Part shown: positions 37,698-48,048 of the stretch, one piece after another
How positions within the stretch are numbered: position 1 is the first letter of the stretch
Layout of the letters: every line of letters starts with the position of its first letter
DNA from: an uncultured Bdellovibrionales bacterium
GTDB lineage: Bacteria > Patescibacteriota > Minisyncoccia > Moranbacterales > UBA1568
Assembly (NCBI GenBank): GCA_964604195.1
Contig: CAZRXW010000001.1
Coordinates: 2,358-66,357 of the forward strand
Direction of reading: 5' to 3'
DNA length: 64,000 bases
The notes under the pieces: model-generated
The model's database searches: none
Seen by the model: the letters and a program-made list of their open reading frames with translations, nothing else
Told to the model about the DNA's origin: nothing
Translations under genes and position numbers: made by a program

Positions 37698-38423
37698 ATG
37701 TCATCGCTTATTGTTGTCAAATCTCTTGGGAAAACTTACGCAAATGAAGGAGTGGAAACAGTGGCCTTGCGTGAGGCCACTTTTGTCATAGAAAAAGGAG
37801 AGTTTGTTTCGATTATGGGACCATCGGGATCGGGGAAATCGACCCTGATGCATCTCCTTGGTCTTCTTGATAGACCAACCGCAGGAGAGTACTTTTTGGA
37901 TGGTCAAGACGTGTCTACTCTTTCAGATGACGACCTTTCTCAACTACGGAATGCGAAGATCGGTTTTATTTTTCAGTCTTTTAATCTTCTTCCGAAAACG
38001 ACTGTTGCAGAAAATGTTGAATTACCACTCCTGTATGACAGTCAATTAGCTTCAGATAATCGAGCGAAAGTTGAGGCTGCTCTTAAGGCTGTTAACATGC
38101 TTCATCGAAAGGATTATTTTTCTAATCAGCTTTCTGGTGGAGAAAAACAGCGAGTTGCCATCGCGAGGGCTCTGGTGAATGATCCAGATATCATTTTTGC
38201 TGATGAACCTACGGGTAATCTAGATTCAAAATCAGGTTTGCAAGTGATGGATATATTGCAGAGTCTTAATGAAATGGGACGAACGGTTATTTTGGTGACT
38301 CATGAAACAGCAACGGCAGAACATGGTAAACGCATGCTTCGGATGGTAGATGGGGGAATTATCGAGGATACACCTATTACAAAGCGTCGCTTTGCCCGGG
38401 AAGAGGAGGAGCTTCATAAGTAG
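37698..38423 (+). CDS. ABC transporter ATP-binding protein (MacB/LolD-type)
   Basis: Walker [10 protein letters not shown], signature [15 protein letters not shown], Walker [14 protein letters not shown]-loop. Confidence 0.85.
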   Translation: MSSLIVVKSLGKTYANEGVETVALREATFVIEKGEFVSIMGPSGSGKSTLMHLLGLLDRPTAGEYFLDGQDVSTLSDDDLSQLRNAKIGFIFQSFNLLPKTTVAENVELPLLYDSQLASDNRAKVEAALKAVNMLHRKDYFSNQLSGGEKQRVAIARALVNDPDIIFADEPTGNLDSKSGLQVMDILQSLNEMGRTVILVTHETATAEHGKRMLRMVDGGIIEDTPITKRRFAREEEELHK

Positions 38424-38428
38424 GTTCT

Positions 38429-39670
38429 ATGAAAATTTCTGACCCACTTCGTATCGCTTATCGTTCTCTTCTGGCCGCTAAGACCAGATTCTTTTTGACG
38501 GTCCTTGGAGTAGTTATTGGAGTAGCTGCCGTCATTATGGTGATGGCTATCGGTGCCAGTGCTCAGGCACTAGTCCTCTCTCAGGTACAGAAAGTAGGGT
38601 CTAATCTGGTGGTGGTACTTCCCGGAGCTTCAGAAGAGAGTGGTCCACCAGCTCAAGCGCTCGGTATTGTAACCACGAGTTTTGTGTACGATGATGTCCG
38701 GGCTATTCGCGAAAAGCGCCATGTACCTCACCTGGTAGCTTTTTCTGGTTACGTAACAGGATCCGGAACTATTGAGTCGCGTTATGAATCATTTGAAACA
38801 AGCTTTCAAGGTGTATCGCCAAACATGATTGAGGTGGAGTCAATGAGGGTGACGGAAGGGAGATTCTTTTTCCCGGAGGAGGAGTCTGATCTTTCTCGTG
38901 TAGTAGTTCTTGGGGCGGTGCGAGCTAAAGAACTCTTCCCGCACGGAAGCCCTATTGGCGAAGTGGTAAAAATAAAAGACAATCCTTTCCGCGTGATTGG
39001 GGTTCTTGAAGAGCGTGGCAATGCTGCTTTTTCTAACCCTGATACATTGGTGTATGTACCACTCTTCACAGCTCAAAAAATTCTTCTTGGTATTAATTAT
39101 TTAAATTTTGGACGCGGTAAAGTGGATACTGCTGAAAATATAGAACGAACGAGAATGGATATCACAGCCCTTCTTCGGGACCGACATGATCTAGAGGAGG
39201 GTGAAGAGTCAGATTTTTCAGTTCGAAGTACGGCTATGGCTCTTTCTCTTCTGACCAATATTACTAATGTACTCAAATATTTTTTGATTGCTATTGCATC
39301 ACTTTCATTGGTAGTTGGTGGTATTGGAATTATGAATTCAATGCTTATTGCTGTGTCGCAGCGAGTGCGTGAGGTTGGTCTTCGTAAGGCAGTTGGAGCA
39401 CGTCCAGTACATATCCTTTTTCAATTTCTTATTGAGTCAGCCTTTATTACCGTTCTCGGTGGACTCCTAGGAATTATCTTGGGTGTAGCCATCGCTTTTA
39501 TTGCCGCTGTCATTATTCCAAGACTGGGGTATGCTTGGGAATTTCTCATTCCTCCGATATCAATTGTGATTGGCTTTAGCGTATCTTTTGTGATAGGAAT
39601 TAGCTTTGGGCTGTACCCTGCTCTTAAGGCATCAAAAGTTTCTCCTATGGAAGCGCTACGATATGAATAA
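38429..39670 (+). CDS. ABC transporter permease (MacB/FtsX-like)
   Basis: N-terminal TM, large periplasmic MacB_PCD-like domain, C-terminal FtsX 3-TM bundle. Confidence 0.8.
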   Translation: MKISDPLRIAYRSLLAAKTRFFLTVLGVVIGVAAVIMVMAIGASAQALVLSQVQKVGSNLVVVLPGASEESGPPAQALGIVTTSFVYDDVRAIREKRHVPHLVAFSGYVTGSGTIESRYESFETSFQGVSPNMIEVESMRVTEGRFFFPEEESDLSRVVVLGAVRAKELFPHGSPIGEVVKIKDNPFRVIGVLEERGNAAFSNPDTLVYVPLFTAQKILLGINYLNFGRGKVDTAENIERTRMDITALLRDRHDLEEGEESDFSVRSTAMALSLLTNITNVLKYFLIAIASLSLVVGGIGIMNSMLIAVSQRVREVGLRKAVGARPVHILFQFLIESAFITVLGGLLGIILGVAIAFIAAVIIPRLGYAWEFLIPPISIVIGFSVSFVIGISFGLYPALKASKVSPMEALRYE

Positions 39671-40940
39671 ACTCTTACTGTTCTACAAAAGACTTACTTT
39701 AGGTTTTCGTCTTGCCTGGCGAACTATTGTTTTGCATCCAACAAGAACGATTCTCTCCCTTCTCGGTGTCATGATTGGAGTGCTTTCTGTTGTAGTGGTT
39801 ATGTTACTTGGGGAAGGAGTTAAGGACTTTATTCTCAAACAGGGAGAGAGCTTTGGTTCTAATATCATTCAAATTGAAGTTAAGGTGCCAACTACTGGAA
39901 AAATGTCGAGTGAAAATGCTACCTCTAGAGCCCAGGGGACGCAGATTACTACTTTAGTTACTGAGGATGGCGAAGCTATTCGAGAATTGCCAAATGTCGA
40001 AGTTTTATATCCGGGGACAATTGGCCAAGAGCGGGCTACGGTTGGTTCCGTCGGAAAGAGGATTCTTCTCTTCGGTACCGGGGCTGATGCACCGTTCGTG
40101 GATGAAAATATCCGATTATCAGAAGGGCGTTTTTTTACCGAGGAAGAGGATCGGAGTTTGGCCCGAGTAGTGGTTCTTGGCCAGGATATCAAGGAAACTT
40201 TCTTTGGCTCTGGTGAAGCGGTTGGGGAGTCTATTACTCTCAAGGGTGAAAAATACCGCGTGATTGGTGTTTTGGAATCTCGAGGAGCAGCAGGATTTAT
40301 TAACCTTGATACTTTTACGTATGTACCAGTAGAAACCCTTAAGAAAAAAATCCTTGGGGTTGATTATGTTCAAATGATCTCGGTAAAAATGACCGACCCA
40401 TCACTCGAAACATCGACAGTGGCTGATATTACTGCACTTTTGCGTAAACGGCATGATATTGATGACCCGAAAAAGGATGATTTTTCAGTAACATCTACTA
40501 AAGAAGCTCTGGAGGCTATTGAAGATGTCCTTGGTTCGGTATCTATTCTCTTACTGGCTCTTACCTCGATTTCTCTCTTGGTTGGCGGGGTGGGGATTAT
40601 GAATGTTATGTACGTTTCGGTGGCAGAGCGTGTCTCGGAGATCGGTCTCCGTAAAGCTTTAGGGGCAACAGAAATCGTTATTTTAACGCAGTTTCTTTTT
40701 GAGGCGCTCCTTATCACCTCTCTTGGTGGGATAGCGGGGATTACCTTGGGAATGCTTCTTTCTTGGGGGCTTTCAGCACTTTTTTCAGTTCTTGGCGTAG
40801 GTGTTACTCTGACCTTCACTCCTATGGCACTATTACTGGGAGCAGCATTTTCAATTTTGACGGGAGTTATCTTTGGTATCGCACCAGCCTATCGTGCTGC
40901 TCGCCTCTCTCCTATGGAGGCCCTGCGGAAGGGAGAGTAG
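39663..40940 (+). CDS. ABC transporter permease (MacB/FtsX-like), second paralogue
   Basis: Same architecture as previous gene. ATG 39663 overlaps the upstream gene's end by 8 nt. Confidence 0.8.
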   Translation: MNKLLLFYKRLTLGFRLAWRTIVLHPTRTILSLLGVMIGVLSVVVVMLLGEGVKDFILKQGESFGSNIIQIEVKVPTTGKMSSENATSRAQGTQITTLVTEDGEAIRELPNVEVLYPGTIGQERATVGSVGKRILLFGTGADAPFVDENIRLSEGRFFTEEEDRSLARVVVLGQDIKETFFGSGEAVGESITLKGEKYRVIGVLESRGAAGFINLDTFTYVPVETLKKKILGVDYVQMISVKMTDPSLETSTVADITALLRKRHDIDDPKKDDFSVTSTKEALEAIEDVLGSVSILLLALTSISLLVGGVGIMNVMYVSVAERVSEIGLRKALGATEIVILTQFLFEALLITSLGGIAGITLGMLLSWGLSALFSVLGVGVTLTFTPMALLLGAAFSILTGVIFGIAPAYRAARLSPMEALRKGE

Positions 40941-40947
40941 ATGGTTT

Positions 40948-43056
40948 TTATTGGGCTGGATAATAAATACGTCTCAAGTCTTCGATAGTGGCTGGAGCGA
41001 AGTTGAGGTTGCCATCTTCCTTGGTATAAGAGAAAGTGGTGCCTCCAGCTACAATTCGTGTTTCAATATCGCTGGAGCGTTTCTTTTTTGCTTTTGTTTC
41101 AGAAATTTCCTTTCCTGTTTTCTTGTTGATATAGATTGTTTTAAATTCACCCACACTTGAAGTTTGTAAAGCATCAGGGGATTTATGAACATAGTCGGTA
41201 AAACCAGTTTCCGGATATTTCGACAGTAAGAAATCCATATATTCACGCCAGATAGGGGCCGCAACGTAGATGCCGTCCGATCCTGGTTTCATGGGAGTAT
41301 TGTTGTTGTTGCCTGTCCAAACACCAAGGGCAACTTTTGGAGTGTAGCCAATGGTCCAAGCGTCACGGAAATTCTGGGTAGTGCCAGTTTTGGCAGCCAC
41401 GACTGTTTCTTTTGGGAAAGCAAGTGGACTTCGTGGTCCAAAGGTTGGGGTGCGAGCAGTATTATCTGAAAGAATAGAGTTGATTTTTCGTGCTACCTCA
41501 ATATTGATAACCTCTTCTGGTGATGCCTTAAAATAGAGATCCTTTCCGTCGGTATCTCGTACAGACTGGATACCATCGATAGGTGTGCGGCGACCCTCTT
41601 GGCCGAAGACGCCAAAAGCTCCAGTTATGTCCACAAGGCGAACTTCAGCTCCACCCAGAACAAGAGCGAGACCATATCGAGCAGGATCAGTGAGAGTGGT
41701 AATGCCCATTTTAGTGGCGGTGTTAATAGTATCTTGGATACCCGCGAGGTAAAGTACCGATACTGCTGGGATGTTGAGCGATTGGGAAAGAGCTTCTCGC
41801 ATAGTCATGCGACCGCGGAATTTTCCATCATAATTTTCTGGTTTGTAATCATTTCCAGAGCCATCAGGTCCAAAGTTAATAGGAACATCGTAGATGGGAG
41901 TTTCTGGTTCAAAGCCTTCGGCGAAGGCTGTAGCATAGGCAAAAGGCTTGAAGGTTGATCCTGGCTGCCTTTTCTCAATGGCCACATTAACTTGTCCATC
42001 GATAGCGGTATCGAAGTAGTCTCGGCTTCCAACCATGGCTAGAACTTCACCCTTGGTGGGGTCGAGAGCGACAAGGGCAGCATTGCTAGCGTTTGCAGAC
42101 TTATTACGCTCAACTCCTTTTTTTACCACCTCCTCTGCCTTTGTTTGCAGTTCGAGATCGATGGTAGTGGTAATTTGGAGGCCATCAGCTTCTAGTCGTT
42201 CTCGACCATAGAGTGTCTCGAGTCTTTCTATAACGTAGAAGGTGAAGTGTGGTGCGACGATGCGTCGTTCGAGAGGGAGAATTTTTTCGAGCGTTTTTGT
42301 ATTGATAGCTTGCTCATATTCACTCTGTGAAATAAAATCGAGTTCGAGCATGCGAGCAAGGATATGATTCTTCTTTCGAATGAGTTCATCGGTATTTTTT
42401 CCGTAGGGAGAAAGTAAGGTGGGGGCATTGGGGAGAGCAGCTAGTATCGAACTTTCGTCAAGAGAGAGTTCTTGAGCTGGCTTTCCAAAGAAAGTCTGAG
42501 CAGCTGCTTCGATACCATAGGCATTGGAGCCATATGGCACAGCATTGAGATAAAGATCAAGAATTTCATCTTTGGAAAATTGGCGTTCTATTTTGATGGC
42601 GAGAATAGCCTCTCTTACTTTTCGTACCCAGGTTTTTTCTCGAGTTAAGAAGAGAGCTCGCGCGAGCTGTTGAGTAATAGTAGAGGCTCCCTGATCTATT
42701 TCTCCCTGGCGAAGATTGGCAATGCCAGCTCGTAAAATGGCAATTATATCAATGCCAGGATGAGAAAAGAAATGGGCGTCTTCGGCAGCTACAGTAGCAT
42801 AGCGAGCAGACTCTGGCATGGCTTCATGAGAAATGACACGGCGGTTTTCTTCTCCATGAATTTGATAGAGAATTGTCTTTCCAGTCCGATCGTAGATAAT
42901 CGAAGTTTCTTTGAGGGGATGTGCTGAGAGATTGAGTGAGTCAGCGGCGTCAAAGTAATAGATAGACAGTCCACCCATGGTAAGTCCAAGGGATAGTATA
43001 AGTACTAGCCAAGCACTTTGCCGGACGAGGAATTTAAGAGGAGAGAGAATGCTCAT
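40948..43056 (-). CDS. class A penicillin-binding protein (bifunctional transglycosylase/transpeptidase, PBP1A-type)
   Basis: Only convincing minus-strand gene. N-terminal TM. GT51 motifs (EDAHFFSHPGID, ...GASTITQQL..). Transpeptidase SxxK (STFKPF), SxN and KTGT motifs. Confidence 0.85.
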   Translation of the reverse strand: MSILSPLKFLVRQSAWLVLILSLGLTMGGLSIYYFDAADSLNLSAHPLKETSIIYDRTGKTILYQIHGEENRRVISHEAMPESARYATVAAEDAHFFSHPGIDIIAILRAGIANLRQGEIDQGASTITQQLARALFLTREKTWVRKVREAILAIKIERQFSKDEILDLYLNAVPYGSNAYGIEAAAQTFFGKPAQELSLDESSILAALPNAPTLLSPYGKNTDELIRKKNHILARMLELDFISQSEYEQAINTKTLEKILPLERRIVAPHFTFYVIERLETLYGRERLEADGLQITTTIDLELQTKAEEVVKKGVERNKSANASNAALVALDPTKGEVLAMVGSRDYFDTAIDGQVNVAIEKRQPGSTFKPFAYATAFAEGFEPETPIYDVPINFGPDGSGNDYKPENYDGKFRGRMTMREALSQSLNIPAVSVLYLAGIQDTINTATKMGITTLTDPARYGLALVLGGAEVRLVDITGAFGVFGQEGRRTPIDGIQSVRDTDGKDLYFKASPEEVINIEVARKINSILSDNTARTPTFGPRSPLAFPKETVVAAKTGTTQNFRDAWTIGYTPKVALGVWTGNNNNTPMKPGSDGIYVAAPIWREYMDFLLSKYPETGFTDYVHKSPDALQTSSVGEFKTIYINKKTGKEISETKAKKKRSSDIETRIVAGGTTFSYTKEDGNLNFAPATIEDLRRIYYPAQ

Positions 43057-43206
43057 ATTCTATAGTGTAGCGTATCTTCGAAGATCACGCGTTTTTCATC
43101 TTTTGTCAATGGTTGATTTCCCATGTAATCTAAAGAGGAAGGGTGGAGGAATTATGATCTAGAGTTTGAGGGGCCACCGAGTGCTCCCGCTCTGTACTTT
43201 TACTTT

Positions 43207-43728
43207 ATGCAATTACCAGTTAATAAATTATTGTACCGTATTCTTACCTGGGTAGGCGTTTCTACTGCCTGGGAAGTATCGGTGGGGGCAGTGCTCTATC
43301 GGGATGCTCGATCAGGTAACCGAGAGTATCTTTTGCTCCAGTATCCGAGTGGTCATTTTGACTTTGCCAAAGGTCATGTCGAGGAAGGGGAAAGTGAAAT
43401 CGAGACTCTTCGTCGCGAAACCGAGGAAGAAACAGGACTTTCTCAGGTGGACGTCCGAGAGACTTCAAGGATGAGTATCCGTTATTTCTATGTTGCCAAA
43501 GGGAGTGAGCGAGAGAAACGATTGAAGACAGGGCGTGGTCTCTGGATTTTCAAAGAAGTCCATTTTTATCCGGCTAAGGTTGTAGGAGAAGCTGTGGTTA
43601 CTCTCTCTCATGAGCATATTGGCTATGTGTGGCTTCTCTATGCTGAAGCAGTAGAAAAAGCCACCTTTGAAAATGCCAAGCATCTCATTGTTGAAACAGA
43701 AAAAATTATCAGCTTGGCCGAGTGGTAG
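43207..43728 (+). CDS. NUDIX hydrolase
   Basis: NUDIX box GHFDFAKGHVEEGESEIETLRRETEEETGL. Confidence 0.7.
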   Translation: MQLPVNKLLYRILTWVGVSTAWEVSVGAVLYRDARSGNREYLLLQYPSGHFDFAKGHVEEGESEIETLRRETEEETGLSQVDVRETSRMSIRYFYVAKGSEREKRLKTGRGLWIFKEVHFYPAKVVGEAVVTLSHEHIGYVWLLYAEAVEKATFENAKHLIVETEKIISLAEW

Positions 43729-43764
43729 GAGAGTAAGTCCTTCTCAGATTATCTTCCACTGGTA

Positions 43765-43793
43765 TTGATTTTTTTTAATAAATCTTGTAGAAT
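43765..43793 (+). promoter_or_regulatory. sigma70-like promoter TTGATT-N17-TAGAAT upstream of ABC-F gene
   Basis: -35 TTGATT 43765-43770, 17-nt spacer, -10 TAGAAT 43788-43793, ~20 nt before ATG 43815. Confidence 0.4.
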
Positions 43794-43814
43794 TTTTGTT
43801 CGATTATCTTAAGT

Positions 43815-45500
43815 ATGCTTACTGTCACTAAACTCCGAAAAAGTTTTGGTTCCAAGCGTCTTTTCTGGAACGCTGGTTTTTCGGTGAGCCGAGGGCAAAG
43901 GGTGGCTCTCATCGGCCCTAATGGAAGCGGGAAATCTACCCTTCTCAAAATGCTATCTGGCCTTGAACCACTCGATCGCGGGGAAATTCAGCTGGCCAAA
44001 GGCGCTCTTGTGGGGTATTTGGCTCAAGAAACGATTGCTGAGGGAAAAGAAACAACGCTCGAATTTCTTCGCAAAGCAGCTGGTCTTGGTGAGCTCGAGC
44101 AGGAAATGAAAATGCTGGAATCTCAATTGGAAGAAGAGAAAAGCCTTATGCGCTACGAGGTACTCCAAGAGACCTATCGGAAGCTTGGGGGATATAACTT
44201 TTTGGAGAGAGCAGCCTCTCTTCTAAGTGGGCTAGCGCTTCCAACTGAATTGCTTGAGCGACCTTTGATGACGCTCTCTGGCGGCGAGAAGAGAAAGGTC
44301 GCCCTTTCGGGTGTATTGCTCAGGGGGGTAGATCTCTTGCTTCTTGATGAACCTACCAATAACCTTGATCTTGCAGCGCTTCTTTGGCTTGAGGCCTATC
44401 TGAAAAAGTTTTCTGGAGCACTTATCGTTGCTTCGCACGACCGAGCCTTTCTTGATCGGACTGTGGAAAAGGTATTGGATATTGATACCGAGAAACATGT
44501 GCTTATCATGCAGAAAGGAAATTGGTCAACGGCAGCGGAAGTACGAGCTCACACACACAGGCGAGCCAAAGAAAAATATCGAGAGCAAGAGACAGAGAAA
44601 GAGCGCTTAGATGCTTCGTCTCAGGAAAAATTGATTTGGGTTGAGCGAACAAAGAAAAAGCGTGGACCGGATCGTGACAAACGTACTTCTAACTACAAAA
44701 AGGAGCGGGCGATTAAAAAATTTACCGGCTCATCTAAAGCCCTCTCAGCAAGACGAGATCGTCTTACACAGTATGAGAAGCCCTTTGAACGAACCCCGCT
44801 CGCTTTTTCTCTTTCTCGAGATGCGAAACTGAGACCGCCCACGATCACTCTTGCCAGAGTTTCCTTGGGTTACGAGAAAAAGAAACCTATAGCAACCGGA
44901 GTAAGTCTTCGCATCCCTTACGGTCGGCGCGTACAGTTCTTGGGTATGAATGGGTCAGGAAAAACTACCCTTATAAAAACCATCCTCGGTGAATGTAAAC
45001 CGCTCATTGGCCGAGTAACGGTAGGGAAAAGTGCTCTTTTTGGAGATCTTATGCAAGAACATCATCTCCTACCTCTCAATCTTACCCCGCTTCAGTATTT
45101 CTCTAAAAAACTCCATATTTTTGATGAACAGGCAATTCTCCTCCTCCTGGCCCGTTTTCAGTTTTCTCCTCAGGTAGCCAAAGAAAAAATTGCTTGGCTC
45201 AGTCCAGGAGAGAGAGTTCGTTTTATCTTAGCCACACTAGCTGCTCGTGGAGCGAATATTTTGATTCTTGATGAGCCAACTAACCATCTTGATGTAGAGG
45301 CTATTGAGGCTCTTGAAGAAGCACTTACTGAGTATCGGGGCACTCTTATTTTGGTGACGCATGACGAGGCTTTTCTCTCAAGGATGGAAATAGACGAGTA
45401 CTACCTCTTAGAGTCAGGGAAGGTATTGTCTGTAGATAGCTTTGAAGCCTATCGAGATCAGGCTCTGAAAGAGGCAAAGCGCAAGGTGAAGCGGCTCTAG
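43815..45500 (+). CDS. ABC-F family ATPase (two tandem ABC domains, no TMD)
   Basis: Two Walker A sites (GPNGSGKST; GMNGSGKTT), two LSGGE/LSPGE signatures, charged inter-domain linker. Confidence 0.8.
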   Translation: MLTVTKLRKSFGSKRLFWNAGFSVSRGQRVALIGPNGSGKSTLLKMLSGLEPLDRGEIQLAKGALVGYLAQETIAEGKETTLEFLRKAAGLGELEQEMKMLESQLEEEKSLMRYEVLQETYRKLGGYNFLERAASLLSGLALPTELLERPLMTLSGGEKRKVALSGVLLRGVDLLLLDEPTNNLDLAALLWLEAYLKKFSGALIVASHDRAFLDRTVEKVLDIDTEKHVLIMQKGNWSTAAEVRAHTHRRAKEKYREQETEKERLDASSQEKLIWVERTKKKRGPDRDKRTSNYKKERAIKKFTGSSKALSARRDRLTQYEKPFERTPLAFSLSRDAKLRPPTITLARVSLGYEKKKPIATGVSLRIPYGRRVQFLGMNGSGKTTLIKTILGECKPLIGRVTVGKSALFGDLMQEHHLLPLNLTPLQYFSKKLHIFDEQAILLLLARFQFSPQVAKEKIAWLSPGERVRFILATLAARGANILILDEPTNHLDVEAIEALEEALTEYRGTLILVTHDEAFLSRMEIDEYYLLESGKVLSVDSFEAYRDQALKEAKRKVKRL

Positions 45501-45587
45501 TTTTCTCTTTGGGGCGGATTTTTGGTTACCTTGAGTCTCAGGCGAAATTCCGGTACTATGACAGATGCCCTCTTGAGAGGGGGTTTT

Positions 45588-46673
45588 ATGACGGTATCCT
45601 GGCACACTTTTTTGAAACAACTGGAAGGTCGTTTTTTTGGTCACCTGACGCAAGACATTGGGGTGGATTTAGGTACGGCTAATACTCTCGTGTACGTTAA
45701 GGGGAGGGGTATTGTGATCAATGAACCATCAGTGGTGGCTGTAAATACCAGAACGGGGCAAATCTTGGCTATTGGTCGAGAGGCAAAAAAAATGGTTGGT
45801 AAGACTCCCGGGCATATTGTCGCCACGAGACCACTCGTCGATGGTGTGGTTTCTGATTTTGAAATTACGCAACAGATGCTTCGTTATTTTATTGCCAAAG
45901 TAACTGAAGGGAGTTTTAAATTTCTGCGCCGACCGAGAGTGCTTATCGGAATCCCATCTGGAGTAACTGAGGTAGAAAAACGAGCTGTGATTGAAGCGGC
46001 GATGAATGCTGGAGCCCGTCAGGCTTTCCTTATTGATGAACCGATGGCAGCCGCTATCGGTGGAAGACTCCCAGTAATAGATGCGGCAGGAAATATGGTG
46101 GTGGATATTGGGGGCGGGACAACGGAGATTGCTGTTATATCATTGGGAGGGGTGGTAATTGCCCGAAGTCTTCGCATTGCTGGTGATGAAATGAATGAAG
46201 ACATTGTTCGTTATTGTCGAGACGAATTCAATCTTTTGGTAGGTGAGCGAACTGCGGAAGATGTCAAAATATCTATTGGGAGTGCCTATCCCCTCAAAGA
46301 AGAACTTCGTTATGCTGTGCGTGGCCGCGATCTTGTCTCTGGCCTTCCAAAGGAAGTCTTGCTTACTGACACTCATGTTCGAGAAGCGCTTTCTCGCTCT
46401 ATTCGTATTGTTGTCAATAATGTAAAGACTGTAATAGAAGAGACCCCGCCAGAACTTCTCTCGGATGTGATGCAGCGAGGGATTGTTCTTTCTGGTGGAG
46501 GGAGCTTGATTCGTGGTTTGGATAAACTCTTGGCTAACCAAACCGGTATCCCAGTGAGAACTATCGATGACCCCCTGACGGCAGTGGTGCGGGGAACTGG
46601 CATAGTACTTGACGATATGGAAACTCTGAAAGAAGTTCTTATTGAGGATGAACAAGGGAAACCTCTCATGTAG
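45588..46673 (+). CDS. mreB: rod shape-determining protein MreB
   Basis: DIGVDLGTANTLVYVKGRGIVINEPSVVAV actin-fold phosphate-1 motif and remaining MreB blocks. ATG 45588 has SD GAGGGGG; upstream in-frame ATGs 45522/45558 lack an SD. Confidence 0.9.
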   Translation: MTVSWHTFLKQLEGRFFGHLTQDIGVDLGTANTLVYVKGRGIVINEPSVVAVNTRTGQILAIGREAKKMVGKTPGHIVATRPLVDGVVSDFEITQQMLRYFIAKVTEGSFKFLRRPRVLIGIPSGVTEVEKRAVIEAAMNAGARQAFLIDEPMAAAIGGRLPVIDAAGNMVVDIGGGTTEIAVISLGGVVIARSLRIAGDEMNEDIVRYCRDEFNLLVGERTAEDVKISIGSAYPLKEELRYAVRGRDLVSGLPKEVLLTDTHVREALSRSIRIVVNNVKTVIEETPPELLSDVMQRGIVLSGGGSLIRGLDKLLANQTGIPVRTIDDPLTAVVRGTGIVLDDMETLKEVLIEDEQGKPLM

Positions 46674-46712
46674 AGGGGATAATTTTGGTAATCGAGTGAT
46701 ACAGAAATTTTT

Positions 46713-47522
46713 ATGCGTGATTCTCATTCACCATATAAACAGAAACTTACTGCTTTTGTGGTGATTGGAATTTTGCTGAGCTCGGTGTTTTTTCTTCCAT
46801 CAAGATTCTTGGTACCGGTGCAGCAGGTAGTGGTTACTCTTACGCTTCCTTTTCAGAATTTATTTTCTTGGACTGCCTTTGAGCTTCGCGAGTGGGGGAC
46901 TTTCTGGGGGTCAATTCAAAAACTGAAAGAGGAAAATGAAAAACTTCATAAGGACGTGCTTAGTCTCAAGATAGGAGCAGCAGATCGCATCCGTCTCGAA
47001 GAGGAAAATACTGCTTTGCGTCAAGAACTCAATCTTCCTCAGCAGTCACAGCAGAAGTTGGTGGCAGCCGAGGTCATCGGACGTGATCAGAATGGTTCCT
47101 CGGTGTTTCTTCGGATTAATCGTGGTCAGCAACAGGGTGTCAAAATGGGAATGCCAGTAGTGGTGCAAGGCAATATTCTTGTGGGACGAATTGAGACAGC
47201 TGGACCTTTTTCTTCCGAGGTTCGTCTCCTTTCACATCCAGAGAGTTTGATAGCAGCTCGTGTCGAGGGTGCCAAGACAGAGGCAGTAGTCAAAGGTGAT
47301 CATGGCACTGGACTTTTACTTGATCTCGCTCGTCCAAATGAAAAAATCGAGACAGGAGCGACAGTGATGACGGCTGGTATGAGTGATGGATTGCCGGGTG
47401 GCCTTTTGATCGGAACGGTTGAAACAGTGCAGCTTTCAGGTGATCAGTTATTTCAGCAGGCTGTCATTATTCCGCCGGTGCGAGCAGATCTTTTACGTTT
47501 CCTGAGTATTATTATTGAGTAG
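46713..47522 (+). CDS. mreC: rod shape-determining protein MreC
   Basis: N-terminal TM, coiled coil (KLKEENEKLHKDVLSLK), two beta-barrel domains (GMPVVVQGNILVGRIET...). Confidence 0.8.
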   Translation: MRDSHSPYKQKLTAFVVIGILLSSVFFLPSRFLVPVQQVVVTLTLPFQNLFSWTAFELREWGTFWGSIQKLKEENEKLHKDVLSLKIGAADRIRLEEENTALRQELNLPQQSQQKLVAAEVIGRDQNGSSVFLRINRGQQQGVKMGMPVVVQGNILVGRIETAGPFSSEVRLLSHPESLIAARVEGAKTEAVVKGDHGTGLLLDLARPNEKIETGATVMTAGMSDGLPGGLLIGTVETVQLSGDQLFQQAVIIPPVRADLLRFLSIIIE

Positions 47523-47539
47523 TAGCCTGATAATTATTT

Positions 47540-48034
47540 ATGCGTTTTTTCGGCTGGTTTGGTTCACTGACACTTTTTTGGATTTTGATGGAGCTCTCTT
47601 TCTTTGAGATGCTTTTTCCAACAGTCAAAGCGCCACTTATCCTGATAGCCTTGGTGTTGGCACTTTCGGTTATGTTAGAGCAGAGAATTGCTTTTTGGTG
47701 GGCTATTGGGGCGGTCTCACTTTTTGATATCCTTCGTTCTGGTGGATTGACTTTGCTTGCACCCTTTTTTACTTGTGTGGCCTATGGTGCATATTTTCTT
47801 TCTCAAAGACTTCTCTTTGCTCGTGAACATACGAATCGTTTTCTTCTCTCACTACTTGTAGTTGGAATAACCGTTGTCTACGAGACAGTGTTTCCATTGT
47901 TTTCATGGCCGAGTTTCATTGATCTCATTCTTGTGGTCCCGATCTGGTTTGTGGTTTCATGGTCTGTCGAGAGGCTCCAAACCTGGGTTATAGCAACATC
48001 GTTTTCTGAATTTAGAGGCATGCGTCATTCGTAA
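47540..48034 (+). CDS. mreD: probable rod shape-determining protein MreD
   Basis: Small 5-TM protein immediately after mreC and before PBP2. The assignment is positional. Confidence 0.5.
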   Translation: MRFFGWFGSLTLFWILMELSFFEMLFPTVKAPLILIALVLALSVMLEQRIAFWWAIGAVSLFDILRSGGLTLLAPFFTCVAYGAYFLSQRLLFAREHTNRFLLSLLVVGITVVYETVFPLFSWPSFIDLILVVPIWFVVSWSVERLQTWVIATSFSEFRGMRHS

Positions 48035-48048
48035 ATTACCACTCTTGT